Sequence record: PQ330092.1
DNA: 64,000 nt
Direction: 5' to 3' (one strand)
The notes under the pieces were generated by a model. The model was given only the letters and a program-made list of their open reading frames with translations. It searched no databases and was not told the DNA's origin. The stretch's first letter is position 1; the number at the start of each line of letters is the position of its first letter. Of this stretch, positions 25,139 through 34,454 are shown one piece after another. Made by a program: the position numbers and the translations under genes.

Positions 25139-25214
25139 AAGTTTTATTTCAGTACTATTGACATAGCTTGATAGTACTGATGTAATAACTTTACTAACTA
25201 CAAGGGGAAACATA

Positions 25215-25472
25215 ATGGAACAGTTCACACAATATCGGGTAAATCCTCAAGCGATGGCCTACGTAGAAGACCATAAAACGTTACCAGTACTAACACCAAT
25301 TAAAGGCCATATCTATCGTGCAATGTCGTGGTGTACGGCCCAGGATGGCTATAAAACCGTAGCCGTTGGTATGTATTGCGGTAATGGTGAATGGTTTGAT
25401 CCAAATAATCCGGTAGCCATTGACAGTACTGAAAAAATGAAATGGGCCGACTACATCGAAGATATTTCATAA
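25215..25472 (+). CDS. hypothetical early protein
   Basis: Own promoter. Confidence 0.8.
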   Translation: MEQFTQYRVNPQAMAYVEDHKTLPVLTPIKGHIYRAMSWCTAQDGYKTVAVGMYCGNGEWFDPNNPVAIDSTEKMKWADYIEDIS

Positions 25473-25561
25473 AACTATTTGACAGTACTAACCAGTAATG
25501 TATAATGTTTTACATAGAGCGGGGGAATAGTTCTCCCGCCAATAGTTTGGAGTAAAATATT

Positions 25562-25762
25562 ATGTCTATCGCTCTCGCCCTGGTTGAAGTACTGAAAGAA
25601 GCTAAAGCCAACCTTATCGATGTACAGATTAAGGAATTGCAAAACGGCTTAATCGGCTGTACTTGTACCGCTGGCGGTGCGGCAGACTATCGAGAACACG
25701 AATCACTCGAATCACTGGTTCGGTATCTTACCATGATCGTTGATGATTGGAGAATCATCTAA
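25562..25762 (+). CDS. hypothetical early protein
   Basis: Own promoter/hairpin, SD GGAG. Confidence 0.8.
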   Translation: MSIALALVEVLKEAKANLIDVQIKELQNGLIGCTCTAGGAADYREHESLESLVRYLTMIVDDWRII

Positions 25763-25779
25763 CAAAAAAGAATAAAAAA

Positions 25780-25900
25780 AGGGATTGACTCCGGTCAGTC
25801 CCTTTGCTATTATATACGCATAGACAAAAACTAGCCCACAGGGTGCATAGGTGTATCTAAAATATATAGTTAATAACGGTGAGTAACTATCTGCTGGTGG
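25780..25900 (+). promoter_or_regulatory. terminator-promoter fusion, CCC-ACA-GGGTGC unit (25833-25846) and Chi (25893-25900)
   Basis: Same block as 20250 and 23520. Confidence 0.75.
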
Positions 25901-26007
25901 AACTAAAACTATTAATAAAAAAGTATTGACAAAGTATATCAGTACTGCGATAATGTATCTCGTAGGGCGGCAATGGTGCGACGGCCCACAAAGTTAGGAG
26001 CTTCAAA

Positions 26008-26340
26008 ATGACTACTTCAATCGCTATCGTTAAAGCTTTCATCCGTACCAATGTTTCTTCTGTATTCATCGACGGTATGGATCGGGAAGTAGAATACTCA
26101 ATCATTATCGCACAGACTGCAAACGGTGCTCGGTATATCCTTAATGATAGTGAAGCAAATCACTACTACTTCACTAAAGCCACTGGCTTTAAACGCATCG
26201 ATGCTGATGTAGTATACGCTAAGATGAATAAGCTGGTAGACAAGATTAACGCTAAAGGCACTATTGATTTACAGTACTGGACCGAAACCGATCCAGAATA
26301 TGGATCTCACCGCTACCTGAATCCAGGAATTAAAATGTAA
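26008..26340 (+). CDS. hypothetical early protein
   Basis: SD AGGAG. Confidence 0.8.
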   Translation: MTTSIAIVKAFIRTNVSSVFIDGMDREVEYSIIIAQTANGARYILNDSEANHYYFTKATGFKRIDADVVYAKMNKLVDKINAKGTIDLQYWTETDPEYGSHRYLNPGIKM

Positions 26341-26429
26341 AAAGTACTTGCATAGTACTTAGATTCATGTATAATGTTTTACATAGAGAGGGGGAAATGG
26401 TTCTCCCTCCTAAATTAAGGAGTTTTATC

Positions 26430-26831
26430 ATGACCTTCTCAATCACTTCCTTCGCTGACGTTTTAGTACTGGCTCGGACTTTTGGTAAAGATGCACTGGA
26501 GTACGCTGTAAGTAATGGCACTATCCAACCGGAACAGTGCCGCATCATTGGAAACTGCAAACGTTGGGCGGTATCCAATACTATTGCACTGGAAAACTTC
26601 CACGATGGCAACAATGAATATTCTGTTGATGTAGTATTCGAAGCCGTTGATCTCGGCGGTATCTATAATACTAACCTGAATGATGTGCGTATCGTTCGCA
26701 CGGGGTTCGGTGCTTATGATGTATCTATTCGTGAAGCTATGAACACCGGATACATTAGCAAGGACTTACTTGCTCACATCATGCAGCTGTGTACGGAACG
26801 TAACGAAGCACGCACAATCTTAGGACTGTAA
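26430..26831 (+). CDS. hypothetical early protein
   Basis: MTFSITSF after SD AAGGAG. Confidence 0.8.
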   Translation: MTFSITSFADVLVLARTFGKDALEYAVSNGTIQPEQCRIIGNCKRWAVSNTIALENFHDGNNEYSVDVVFEAVDLGGIYNTNLNDVRIVRTGFGAYDVSIREAMNTGYISKDLLAHIMQLCTERNEARTILGL

Positions 26832-26899
26832 GCGTTACACATCACCAAACATCATAGGCCGCTCTCTAGCGGCCTTAACTATATCAGGAGTACATACAC

Positions 26900-27109
26900 A
26901 TGATCTATACAGTATACAGCGTCCTAGGCACTATTGCAGGCGTACATGATAACGTCGATAGTGCTATGCGTACAGTACTGCAACAGGTTCCACTAAAGCC
27001 TAAGACCATTAAGCAGATGACAGCACGACTAACCAGGGCGACCGATGGCGTGGAAGTATGGCAGGACTACGGGGATACACAGATAATCGTTAGCGTAACG
27101 AAGGATTAA
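26900..27109 (+). CDS. hypothetical, last gene of the DTR
   Basis: SD AGGAG. Confidence 0.75.
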   Translation: MIYTVYSVLGTIAGVHDNVDSAMRTVLQQVPLKPKTIKQMTARLTRATDGVEVWQDYGDTQIIVSVTKD

Positions 27110-27137
27110 TGCGTAAAGGGATCTAGTACTGATTCAG

Positions 27138-27203
27138 AAAAAAGTCAAGGCGTTTTTAAAATTATGCGTTAAAAAAATGCATAGGTAATCCCTTGACTTT
27201 TTT
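27138..27203. repeat. 13-bp inverted repeat near the DTR right end
   Basis: AAAAAAGTCAAGG (27138-27150) / CCTTGACTTTTTT (27191-27203). Confidence 0.7.
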
Positions 27204-27661
27204 GAAATAAAAGGGATTGGACTATGGCAAAATGCGTAGGGGGCTAAAGGGCGGGTAACCTAGTAGGCAGAGGAAGTCTGCCGTACTTTGTAGTTTCCAA
27301 GCTCCTTTTCCATTTTGCAAATTACATCAAATGTAATCAAAAGTAATCACGCAATGATTAGTACTGAATTATTACTTTCACCTTAATTACAATTACCCTT
27401 TTACCCTTCGGGGTAAAATTCAATTACCCCTTGAGGCTCCAGCAAAAAGTTGGTTAGTACTCCATCCTAAATCTCGATCCTAAAAATTTTGGAGTACCTA
27501 TGAAATAAAAGTTGGATCTTCGAAAGTTGAAATTTACGTTGGGACGTTTATGATTTGTGGGATATAATGATGTTTGTAGACGGGTAGTTCTCAAGAATAT
27601 CAGTACTGAATGGTGAAAGAAAGTTATTGACATTATGATTCAGTACTGTATAATGTTCTAC

Positions 27662-27758
27662 ATAGAGAGATGAGTTGCTGCGAACAATTCATTTACTCTA
27701 CCTCCTGTCGTGAGACAGTACAGAAAAGATAGTTCCTCCTGTGGTGGTACATCTTTTT
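27662..27758 (+). ncRNA. copy of anti-SD-like sRNA candidate
   Basis: 7548+20114. Confidence 0.6.
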
Positions 27759-28992
27759 GAACCTCATATGAAAATTGTAATAACAGTACTGATATTAACA
27801 GAATGGTGTCAGTACTGATTTTAATCTAAAGCATTATGCCACCAGCACAAGCTGGTGGATTCCCTCTAACAGTATTCAGTACTACATGATAGTCTTCATC
27901 CTCCTAGGGTAACATAGTGAGGGCTATGATGGCAGTACTGAATACTCCCTTTCAAAAGATAGATCTATGGTATAGTACTGACGGATTTTGGGTGTAGTTA
28001 CCCTGGATGGATTTTGGACGTAGATATGTCTAGCCCTCCAGAAGTCTGGAAGTAAAGATGGCTATCCATCTAGACGGCTAAACGGCTAGATTTCTGGATG
28101 GCTGGATGGCTAGACGTTTGGACGGCTAAACGGCTAGATGGTTACACGTCTGGAAGTATAGACGGCTAAATCAAAATTTTATTTTGTTTTTCCAATAGTT
28201 CCCCTACCGCGTGGGGATAGTTTCCCCGCAGTATCTGTAGTTAGATTTTTCTGAATCTGGAATCATTATCTTATAAACTGGGGGCAATGTCAACGACCTG
28301 GCCGGATATTTTTAAAAATTTTTTCAGTACTGAATTTTGGGCGTAACTATGCACCCGGTGGGCTTGAGTCTTTCTCGACTTGATGGAACTATTATACAGT
28401 ACTGGAAAAATAAAGCAATACCCTGGATGAAAAAAGTTTTAATTAATTTGCTTGCCATCCTGGGCCGGACTATGGTACTATATTTCAGTACTGAGAAAGT
28501 GCGTTTACCTGCTAGGGTGCGGGAGTGTATCCTTTTTTTATATCTTGAATTTTGGGCGTAATTCCGCACCCTCTGGGGTTTCCGCTTTCTCGCGTCTATG
28601 TAGTAATTATACGCTTTTTCAGGATCAAGTCAATACCTAAAAACAAAATAATTGAAAATAATTTAACGCGTTTAAACGGCCTGTAAAGCCCTGGAATGAT
28701 TGGAATGGTGCAAATGTATAGCTTATGTGTATTAATGCGTTAGAATGCGTCTGAGGCCGTTTTATGGGGTGTAGTAGTGATTTGGTTGATTCAGTACTGA
28801 ATAATAGTACTCCTATATAGAAAGATAGTTCCCCTGGATTGATTCAGTACTGAATAATAGTACTCCTATATAGAAAGAAAACTATTTTAAAAGTATTTGT
28901 AGAAAGTACTTGCACCGTACTGATAAAAGCGTATAATGTTTTACATCGAGAGCGGGAACACTTCCCGCTACACATTAAGAGAGATTAAAACG

Positions 28993-29355
28993 ATGGCGAC
29001 TCAAATCAATAAAATCATGCTTAACCTGGTAAACTTCCGCGAAGAGATGAAAGGTCTTCCGGCTGAAACTGTAAAAATTCACATTGCAGCTTATCGGGAA
29101 CTTATTGCAATGTTGCCGCTTAAGCGTGAACAATACGCCGCTACTTTGATGCTTGATTCAATGATCCATATAATGATCTCAAATGATTTAACGATGGTTT
29201 ATCAGTACATGGGCGAAAATTTCGCGGTGTGTAGTAAGCCAGTACCAGGGATGGCAACTACTGAGGAATTGCACGGTTTAAATTTAAAGCAAGATGCATG
29301 GGATAATATGCCTCGTTTCCTGGTATGGGCTGACAGTGGCAAAATTTACAAATAA
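28993..29355 (+). CDS. hypothetical (DTR copy 2)
   Basis: copy of 8879. Confidence 0.8.
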   Translation: MATQINKIMLNLVNFREEMKGLPAETVKIHIAAYRELIAMLPLKREQYAATLMLDSMIHIMISNDLTMVYQYMGENFAVCSKPVPGMATTEELHGLNLKQDAWDNMPRFLVWADSGKIYK

Positions 29356-29447
29356 GTTTAATAAAGTACTTGCAAACTAAGTTTAAAAGCGTATAATGTT
29401 TTACATCAGGTGGGGAATAGTTCCCCACTATATAAGAGGATTAAAAA

Positions 29448-29687
29448 ATGGCTAAATCAAAAATGTTCTTAGGTCACAAAAACAAAACTCATTGGAATGT
29501 AAGCCTTTGGATTAATAACGATGAATCATTATACCGGTTGGCCCAGGACTTTATTAACGATAGCACTAATCGCAATGATGCGGCCCGTCATATGATGTTA
29601 TTTTTAGAACAGACTGGACAAGATAAAACACCGGACGGATTCAAATATAGCACTACTGCGATCCGTGCGGCGATGGTTGGAATGTAA
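29448..29687 (+). CDS. conserved hypothetical (DTR copy 2)
   Basis: copy of 9334. Confidence 0.8.
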   Translation: MAKSKMFLGHKNKTHWNVSLWINNDESLYRLAQDFINDSTNRNDAARHMMLFLEQTGQDKTPDGFKYSTTAIRAAMVGM

Positions 29688-29775
29688 TAGAATAGAATTT
29701 ATTTAAAGTACTATTGCACGCTGATAGTACTTTATAATAGTGTTTTATTCATACACCAACGATAAGGGCAACAGC

Positions 29776-30042
29776 ATGAATATTAAGTATTTTGCGACGC
29801 GTGAACAAGCTCGGATCGCCGCACGCCAGGACGGGGCAACGTTTAAAGATATGGGCGTACAATCGGAACGTGGTAAACGTTGGGCCATTGTAAAGCGTAG
29901 TACCGCCAGATCATTACAGTACTGGTTAGCGGCCTTAAAAAGTCCCGATAGTGTATCGCGTCGAGTGGTAGAAATAAAGCTCGACCGAAAGGGCAACCGC
30001 GTGACCGTGTACCGTACTAAAAAGATTGCAGTACTTGAATAA
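29776..30042 (+). CDS. hypothetical (DTR copy 2)
   Basis: copy of 9662. Confidence 0.8.
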   Translation: MNIKYFATREQARIAARQDGATFKDMGVQSERGKRWAIVKRSTARSLQYWLAALKSPDSVSRRVVEIKLDRKGNRVTVYRTKKIAVLE

Positions 30043-30129
30043 AAAGTACTTGCAAACTATGTTTAAAGGCGTATAATGTTTTACATCGAGAGCGGGAACT
30101 CTTCCCGCCTATAACCTGGAGTAATAAAA

Positions 30130-30360
30130 ATGACTAATATGTATATGACTGAAGTTAAAACCGTAAAAGATACTACCACGAATAAAACTACTTACTTACA
30201 GCGGATCTGTGGTGTATGGCAACGTATCAGCAAATCAAAGTACTTTAAATTAACATCATATGCCAATCGTTCGGATTCATTCAGTACTGAAATAAAAGGT
30301 AATAAAGTACACCAATACGGCACTTATTATTATTATAGCCTGGACGCGATTGTAGTATAA
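30130..30360 (+). CDS. hypothetical (DTR copy 2)
   Basis: copy of 10016. Confidence 0.8.
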   Translation: MTNMYMTEVKTVKDTTTNKTTYLQRICGVWQRISKSKYFKLTSYANRSDSFSTEIKGNKVHQYGTYYYYSLDAIVV

Positions 30361-30645
30361 GTAGTTTACAAATCTTTACAATTGCCAGTATTGACTTATT
30401 TTGTCAGTACTGGCATAATGTATTCATTGGCAGATAAGCCGTAGCCCATAGGGTGCGGAAGTGTATCTATAGAAAAAGTAGTTTAGTACAGTTACAATTG
30501 TGCACCCGGTGGGTTAGCTGTTGTCATGGGGTATATTATACCAGTACTGGATAGTGCTGTCAATACTTTTTTTTTACTATTCAGTACTGAAAACTATTTT
30601 TAAAAAGTACTTGCAAACTATGTTTAAAGGCGTATAATGTTTTAC

Positions 30646-30720
30646 ATCAGGACGGGGAACGAAATAAGTAACTTCCCGTTAAGTAGCCCAGGAGTAAGGC
30701 ACACGAAAAACTCCCCTGAT
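30646..30720 (+). ncRNA. pseudoknot ncRNA candidate A (copy 2)
   Basis: copy of 10532. Confidence 0.7.
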
Positions 30721-30788
30721 AAAATAGTTTGACAAATGTTTTTAAAAGCGTATAATACTTACATCAACTACTGAATGAGGGTTACAAA

Positions 30789-31400
30789 ATGAAAACTATC
30801 ACTACTACTACTTTCGTTATGGATTTTTCTGAATTGAACGCAGAACAAAAAACGTCAGCTATCGAACTGGTTCGGGAACGTGAAAAAAACTCAAACGACA
30901 ATTATTTTTCTGAAAGTGAAATTGAATACTATAAAGAAACAGTACTACCGGAATATGGCATTAATGACGCTGAAATACAATTCAGTGGTTTTTGGTCCCA
31001 GGGTGACGGTGCATCAATCAGTACTGACCACGTTGACGCAGTGAAGTTTTTACGCAAGGTAAGAGCATTAACTAAGTATCGCTCAATCCGTCACCTGCTG
31101 AATGAAGATGATTTGGCGATGAGTGTAAAGCGTTCGCACTCCCACTACTCGCATGAGAATACTGTAAGCGGGTACATTGAATCGGCTTACACTGATTTAA
31201 CCGCAAAACAAGAAACGTTAGTTAATGAGCTTGAGGAATTACTCACTGAAACTATTCGTGAATTGTCACGCAAGTTGTACCGTGATTTAGAGAATGCATA
31301 TGAGGATCAATTCACTACTGAAAACATTACGGCACTGATTGAGGGTAACGAGTATCAATTCAATGTTATTGATGGCGTAGTGGAATCAATCGAATATTAA
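30789..31400 (+). CDS. conserved hypothetical (DTR copy 2)
   Basis: copy of 10675. Confidence 0.85.
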   Translation: MKTITTTTFVMDFSELNAEQKTSAIELVREREKNSNDNYFSESEIEYYKETVLPEYGINDAEIQFSGFWSQGDGASISTDHVDAVKFLRKVRALTKYRSIRHLLNEDDLAMSVKRSHSHYSHENTVSGYIESAYTDLTAKQETLVNELEELLTETIRELSRKLYRDLENAYEDQFTTENITALIEGNEYQFNVIDGVVESIEY

Positions 31401-31492
31401 TTTAAAAAGTACTTGCAAACTAAGTTTAAAAGCGTATAATACTTTATATCGAGAGCGGGAATAGTTCCCGCTACTAATGAGGAATACTACAA

Positions 31493-31657
31493 ATGAATAC
31501 TTTTACCTTCGCTCAATTGAACGCCCTGGATGTATTGTCTGATGCTTTGCGGGATGCAACTGAAAGCGGTTTATTTGACAATGTTGACATTCACCCTGAT
31601 GTAATTAATAATTTTTGTGATGCTATCGCAGAAGTACTGGAAGATCTAAAAAAATAA
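31493..31657 (+). CDS. hypothetical (DTR copy 2)
   Basis: copy of 11379. Confidence 0.75.
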   Translation: MNTFTFAQLNALDVLSDALRDATESGLFDNVDIHPDVINNFCDAIAEVLEDLKK

Positions 31658-31745
31658 TAGAAAGTACTTGCAATTAGTTTTTAGTACTGTATAATAGTTT
31701 ACATAGAGGGGAGAAATGGTTCTCCCTGGTAATGAGGAAAATAAA

Positions 31746-31967
31746 ATGGCAAATATCACTACTCTTTCCCAACTGGAAGCACTGGTTAAATCTATGCGGG
31801 AACATGCCGACAAAATCGGCGTACAAGATCCAGCCGTTTGCTTCTGCGACGAATTGAATGATGATACCCTGGTAATAGCAGAAGTCCAGGACGTTTCTAA
31901 CTATTCCTCGCGTTACACTGGCGGCGTAGCAAATAAAGGTGACTTCTGTTTATACCTTACAAAATAA
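31746..31967 (+). CDS. hypothetical (DTR copy 2)
   Basis: copy of 11632. Confidence 0.8.
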   Translation: MANITTLSQLEALVKSMREHADKIGVQDPAVCFCDELNDDTLVIAEVQDVSNYSSRYTGGVANKGDFCLYLTK

Positions 31968-32209
31968 CAACGCGGGGAGATAATAACTCCCCGTTACTTT
32001 TTCAGTACTGAATCATTTAATAGACGGATCTCGGCACCCGGTGGGTTAGTGACTGTTTCGTCTTGATGTAGTAATTATGCCAGTACTGGATGCACTTGTC
32101 AACAACTATTTTTCAAATACTTTTTATTAAAATACTTGCTAATAGTTTTTAAACGCGTATAATGTTTTGCATAGGGGAGCGGTTCCCCTGGTAACTAAGG
32201 AATAAGAAA

Positions 32210-32446
32210 ATGCTTGAACAAATCAAATCAACGTCTGCTAATGTAACGGGAACGGTATCACACTTTATTGGTGATGAATCGCGGGGCGTTCCCTATTGTG
32301 CTGTACATGTAAACACTGAGGGTAACTACTGGTTTACGGTTTACGGATCATATTCATTTGGACGGCCAGGGCATCAAAAAATTCTGGATAAAGTACAGCC
32401 AACGGGTAAAAATATCACGGCTGAAATGTTTTATAAAAAATCATAA
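32210..32446 (+). CDS. hypothetical (DTR copy 2)
   Basis: copy of 12096. Confidence 0.8.
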   Translation: MLEQIKSTSANVTGTVSHFIGDESRGVPYCAVHVNTEGNYWFTVYGSYSFGRPGHQKILDKVQPTGKNITAEMFYKKS

Positions 32447-32530
32447 AGTACTTGATAATAGTTTTTAGTACTGTATAATATTTTACATAGCACGGGGGAG
32501 CGGTTCCCCCTGGTAACTAAGGATAATCAA

Positions 32531-32830
32531 ATGAAAATTGCAATCATCGCCCTGGCTTTATCTGTTTCCTCTTTCGCTGTTAATGCGTCGTTAGATGTGA
32601 GTAGTGAAAAATTCATTCAGTGCACTGTTGCGATGACCAATGAAAGTACGGGCGAGATTGTTTTAAAGGATTTAGAGATCCAGCCACAAGCATTTAAAAA
32701 CGGGCCGTTCCATGAAGAAGACGAAAACGGTAGCACAACCATTTATTATGATGCAAGTACTAAGCGTGGATCGGTCACGGTTATGGATACAGAGAAAGTA
32801 ACGCACACAGGAGTAATTAACTGTTTATAA
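32531..32830 (+). CDS. putative exported protein (DTR copy 2)
   Basis: copy of 12417. Confidence 0.7.
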   Translation: MKIAIIALALSVSSFAVNASLDVSSEKFIQCTVAMTNESTGEIVLKDLEIQPQAFKNGPFHEEDENGSTTIYYDASTKRGSVTVMDTEKVTHTGVINCL

Positions 32831-32953
32831 TCTAGTACTGAATCACTAGCCCACCTTAAACAGTGGGCTTTTTTGTTTTGTAGTACTGCATACTTTAAAA
32901 ATAGTTTTAAAAAAGTAGTTGACATTACCACAAAAAGGCGTAGAATGTATTAC

Positions 32954-33015
32954 ATCAAGACGGGGAGCACTAAGTAGACCGCCAGTAAGTCGAACGAAAA
33001 ACTGGACACGTCGAT
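32954..33015 (+). ncRNA. pseudoknot RNA candidate C (copy 2)
   Basis: copy of 12840. Confidence 0.65.
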
Positions 33016-33069
33016 AAAACTTTGATACACTAATAAACGTAAACTAAACTTTAATTGAGGATTTATAAA

Positions 33070-33552
33070 ATGGCTAATGTAAAATCATTCCTGAAAGCAC
33101 TGATTTCAAACGATACTGTTATTGCTGCTGAATTGCTGGCTGAACTGGATAACGATACAATGAAAGCGGTACGCAACAATTTTAACATTGCGTACAGTGA
33201 AGCTAAAGAACTGCAAGCCAAAAAGGTAGCAGAACTGGAAGAACAGAAAAAAGCCCGTGAAGCAGAACTACAAGCAACAATCGAAAGTATCCAGGCGGCA
33301 GTAGTTGGATTGGATCTGGAAGTGGTTGTAGAAATGGCACATAAAGCCCTGGCGGTTAAGTACGGTGAAGATAAGCCGGAATCTAAGCCTAAAAAATGGA
33401 TTCAGGAACGCGTAGCGGTAGTACTGGACAACGGGGAAGAATATCTTATTCCGGTGCGTGGTAACTGCATTGCGGTAGTACTGGACGCTATCAAAGAAAG
33501 CGGTATGACTCGCGAGGAATGGATCGAAGCTCATCGCAAAGTTGAAGCATAA
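33070..33552 (+). CDS. H-NS-like protein (DTR copy 2)
   Basis: copy of 12956. Confidence 0.55.
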   Translation: MANVKSFLKALISNDTVIAAELLAELDNDTMKAVRNNFNIAYSEAKELQAKKVAELEEQKKAREAELQATIESIQAAVVGLDLEVVVEMAHKALAVKYGEDKPESKPKKWIQERVAVVLDNGEEYLIPVRGNCIAVVLDAIKESGMTREEWIEAHRKVEA

Positions 33553-33837
33553 CAATTAAAGTACTGAATCACTAGCCCACCTTAAACAGTGGGCTTTTTT
33601 GTGTCTGTAGTATTCCAGTCCACCAGCACCGCCTAGAATCGATTCTAACGCATTAAACTGATTATCTGATACATCGCCCTAGCTGGTGGCGTTAAGGTCG
33701 TTAGAATGCGATTGAGAGCGTTTAAAGTATTTTGCAAAAAGTAATAAAAAGTACTTGCACGATAAAGAGATTAGCGTATAATGTTTTACATCGAGAGGGG
33801 GAAACGGTTCTCCTTCCAAATCAAAGGAATCAAAACA

Positions 33838-34065
33838 ATGGCTATTATCATTACTCGCGTATCTGGTACTACTGGCAACGAACAAGTAGTTGCAGTCATT
33901 ACTAACAAGGCAGGTGCGGAATTGCAAAATGCAATGAATACCTGGGCCGTTAATGAGTTCGGTCAGTGGGCAAGTGTAGCATACATTGAAACCTATCAAG
34001 TGCCGTCGATTAGTTTAACTGATTTGGGCGTTGAGCGTATCCTTTGCCTGGATGAATTAAATTAA
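33838..34065 (+). CDS. hypothetical (DTR copy 2)
   Basis: copy of 13724. Confidence 0.8.
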   Translation: MAIIITRVSGTTGNEQVVAVITNKAGAELQNAMNTWAVNEFGQWASVAYIETYQVPSISLTDLGVERILCLDELN

Positions 34066-34150
34066 AAAAGTACTTGCAAAGTAAATCGAATAAAGTATAA
34101 TACATTACATCAAGGGGAGAAATGATTCTCCCCACTACAAGGAAACTAAA

Positions 34151-34363
34151 ATGGCTATCATTACTAAAATCAAAGTTAACAAGACTATCGTTAAACTGGC
34201 AGAAGTGAAAGAAGGTTATAAAGTATCTTGGTGCGGTATGTATCGGACGTTCGCAGATATAGATGATGCGATCAATTATTACAGTGACACGGTTAAAAAC
34301 TTTGTTCGTGCTGATGTGGTTATGGCAGTGGCAACATATAAAGCAGCGAAAGAAAGTAAGTAA
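34151..34363 (+). CDS. hypothetical (DTR copy 2)
   Basis: copy of 14037. Confidence 0.8.
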   Translation: MAIITKIKVNKTIVKLAEVKEGYKVSWCGMYRTFADIDDAINYYSDTVKNFVRADVVMAVATYKAAKESK

Positions 34364-34454
34364 AAATATTATCACAGTACTATTGACATAGTTTGATAGT
34401 ACTGGCATAATAGATTTTATCAAGACGACACATATTAATTTAAGGAATACTAAA

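Larger units (their letters stand above)
7148..27261 (+). repeat. 20,114-bp direct repeat, copy 1 (probable long direct terminal repeat, right genome end)
   Basis: All ORF translations recur at +20114. Identity starts at AGTAGGCAGAGG (7148/27262) and ends at GGGTAACCT (27261/47375). Boundaries checked by eye, not every base. Confidence 0.95.

Noticed and set aside
8796-26430. CRISPR array (regularly recurring hairpin repeats)
   Set aside because: Repeats are degenerate promoter-hairpin heads separated by whole genes of variable length; no cas genes
8822-26430. N-terminal extensions such as MFYIE..., MYNVLHREG..., MVLPGNEE... in ORF-track calls
   Set aside because: These start inside the -10 box or leader hairpin; true starts follow the downstream SD, and coordinates were trimmed
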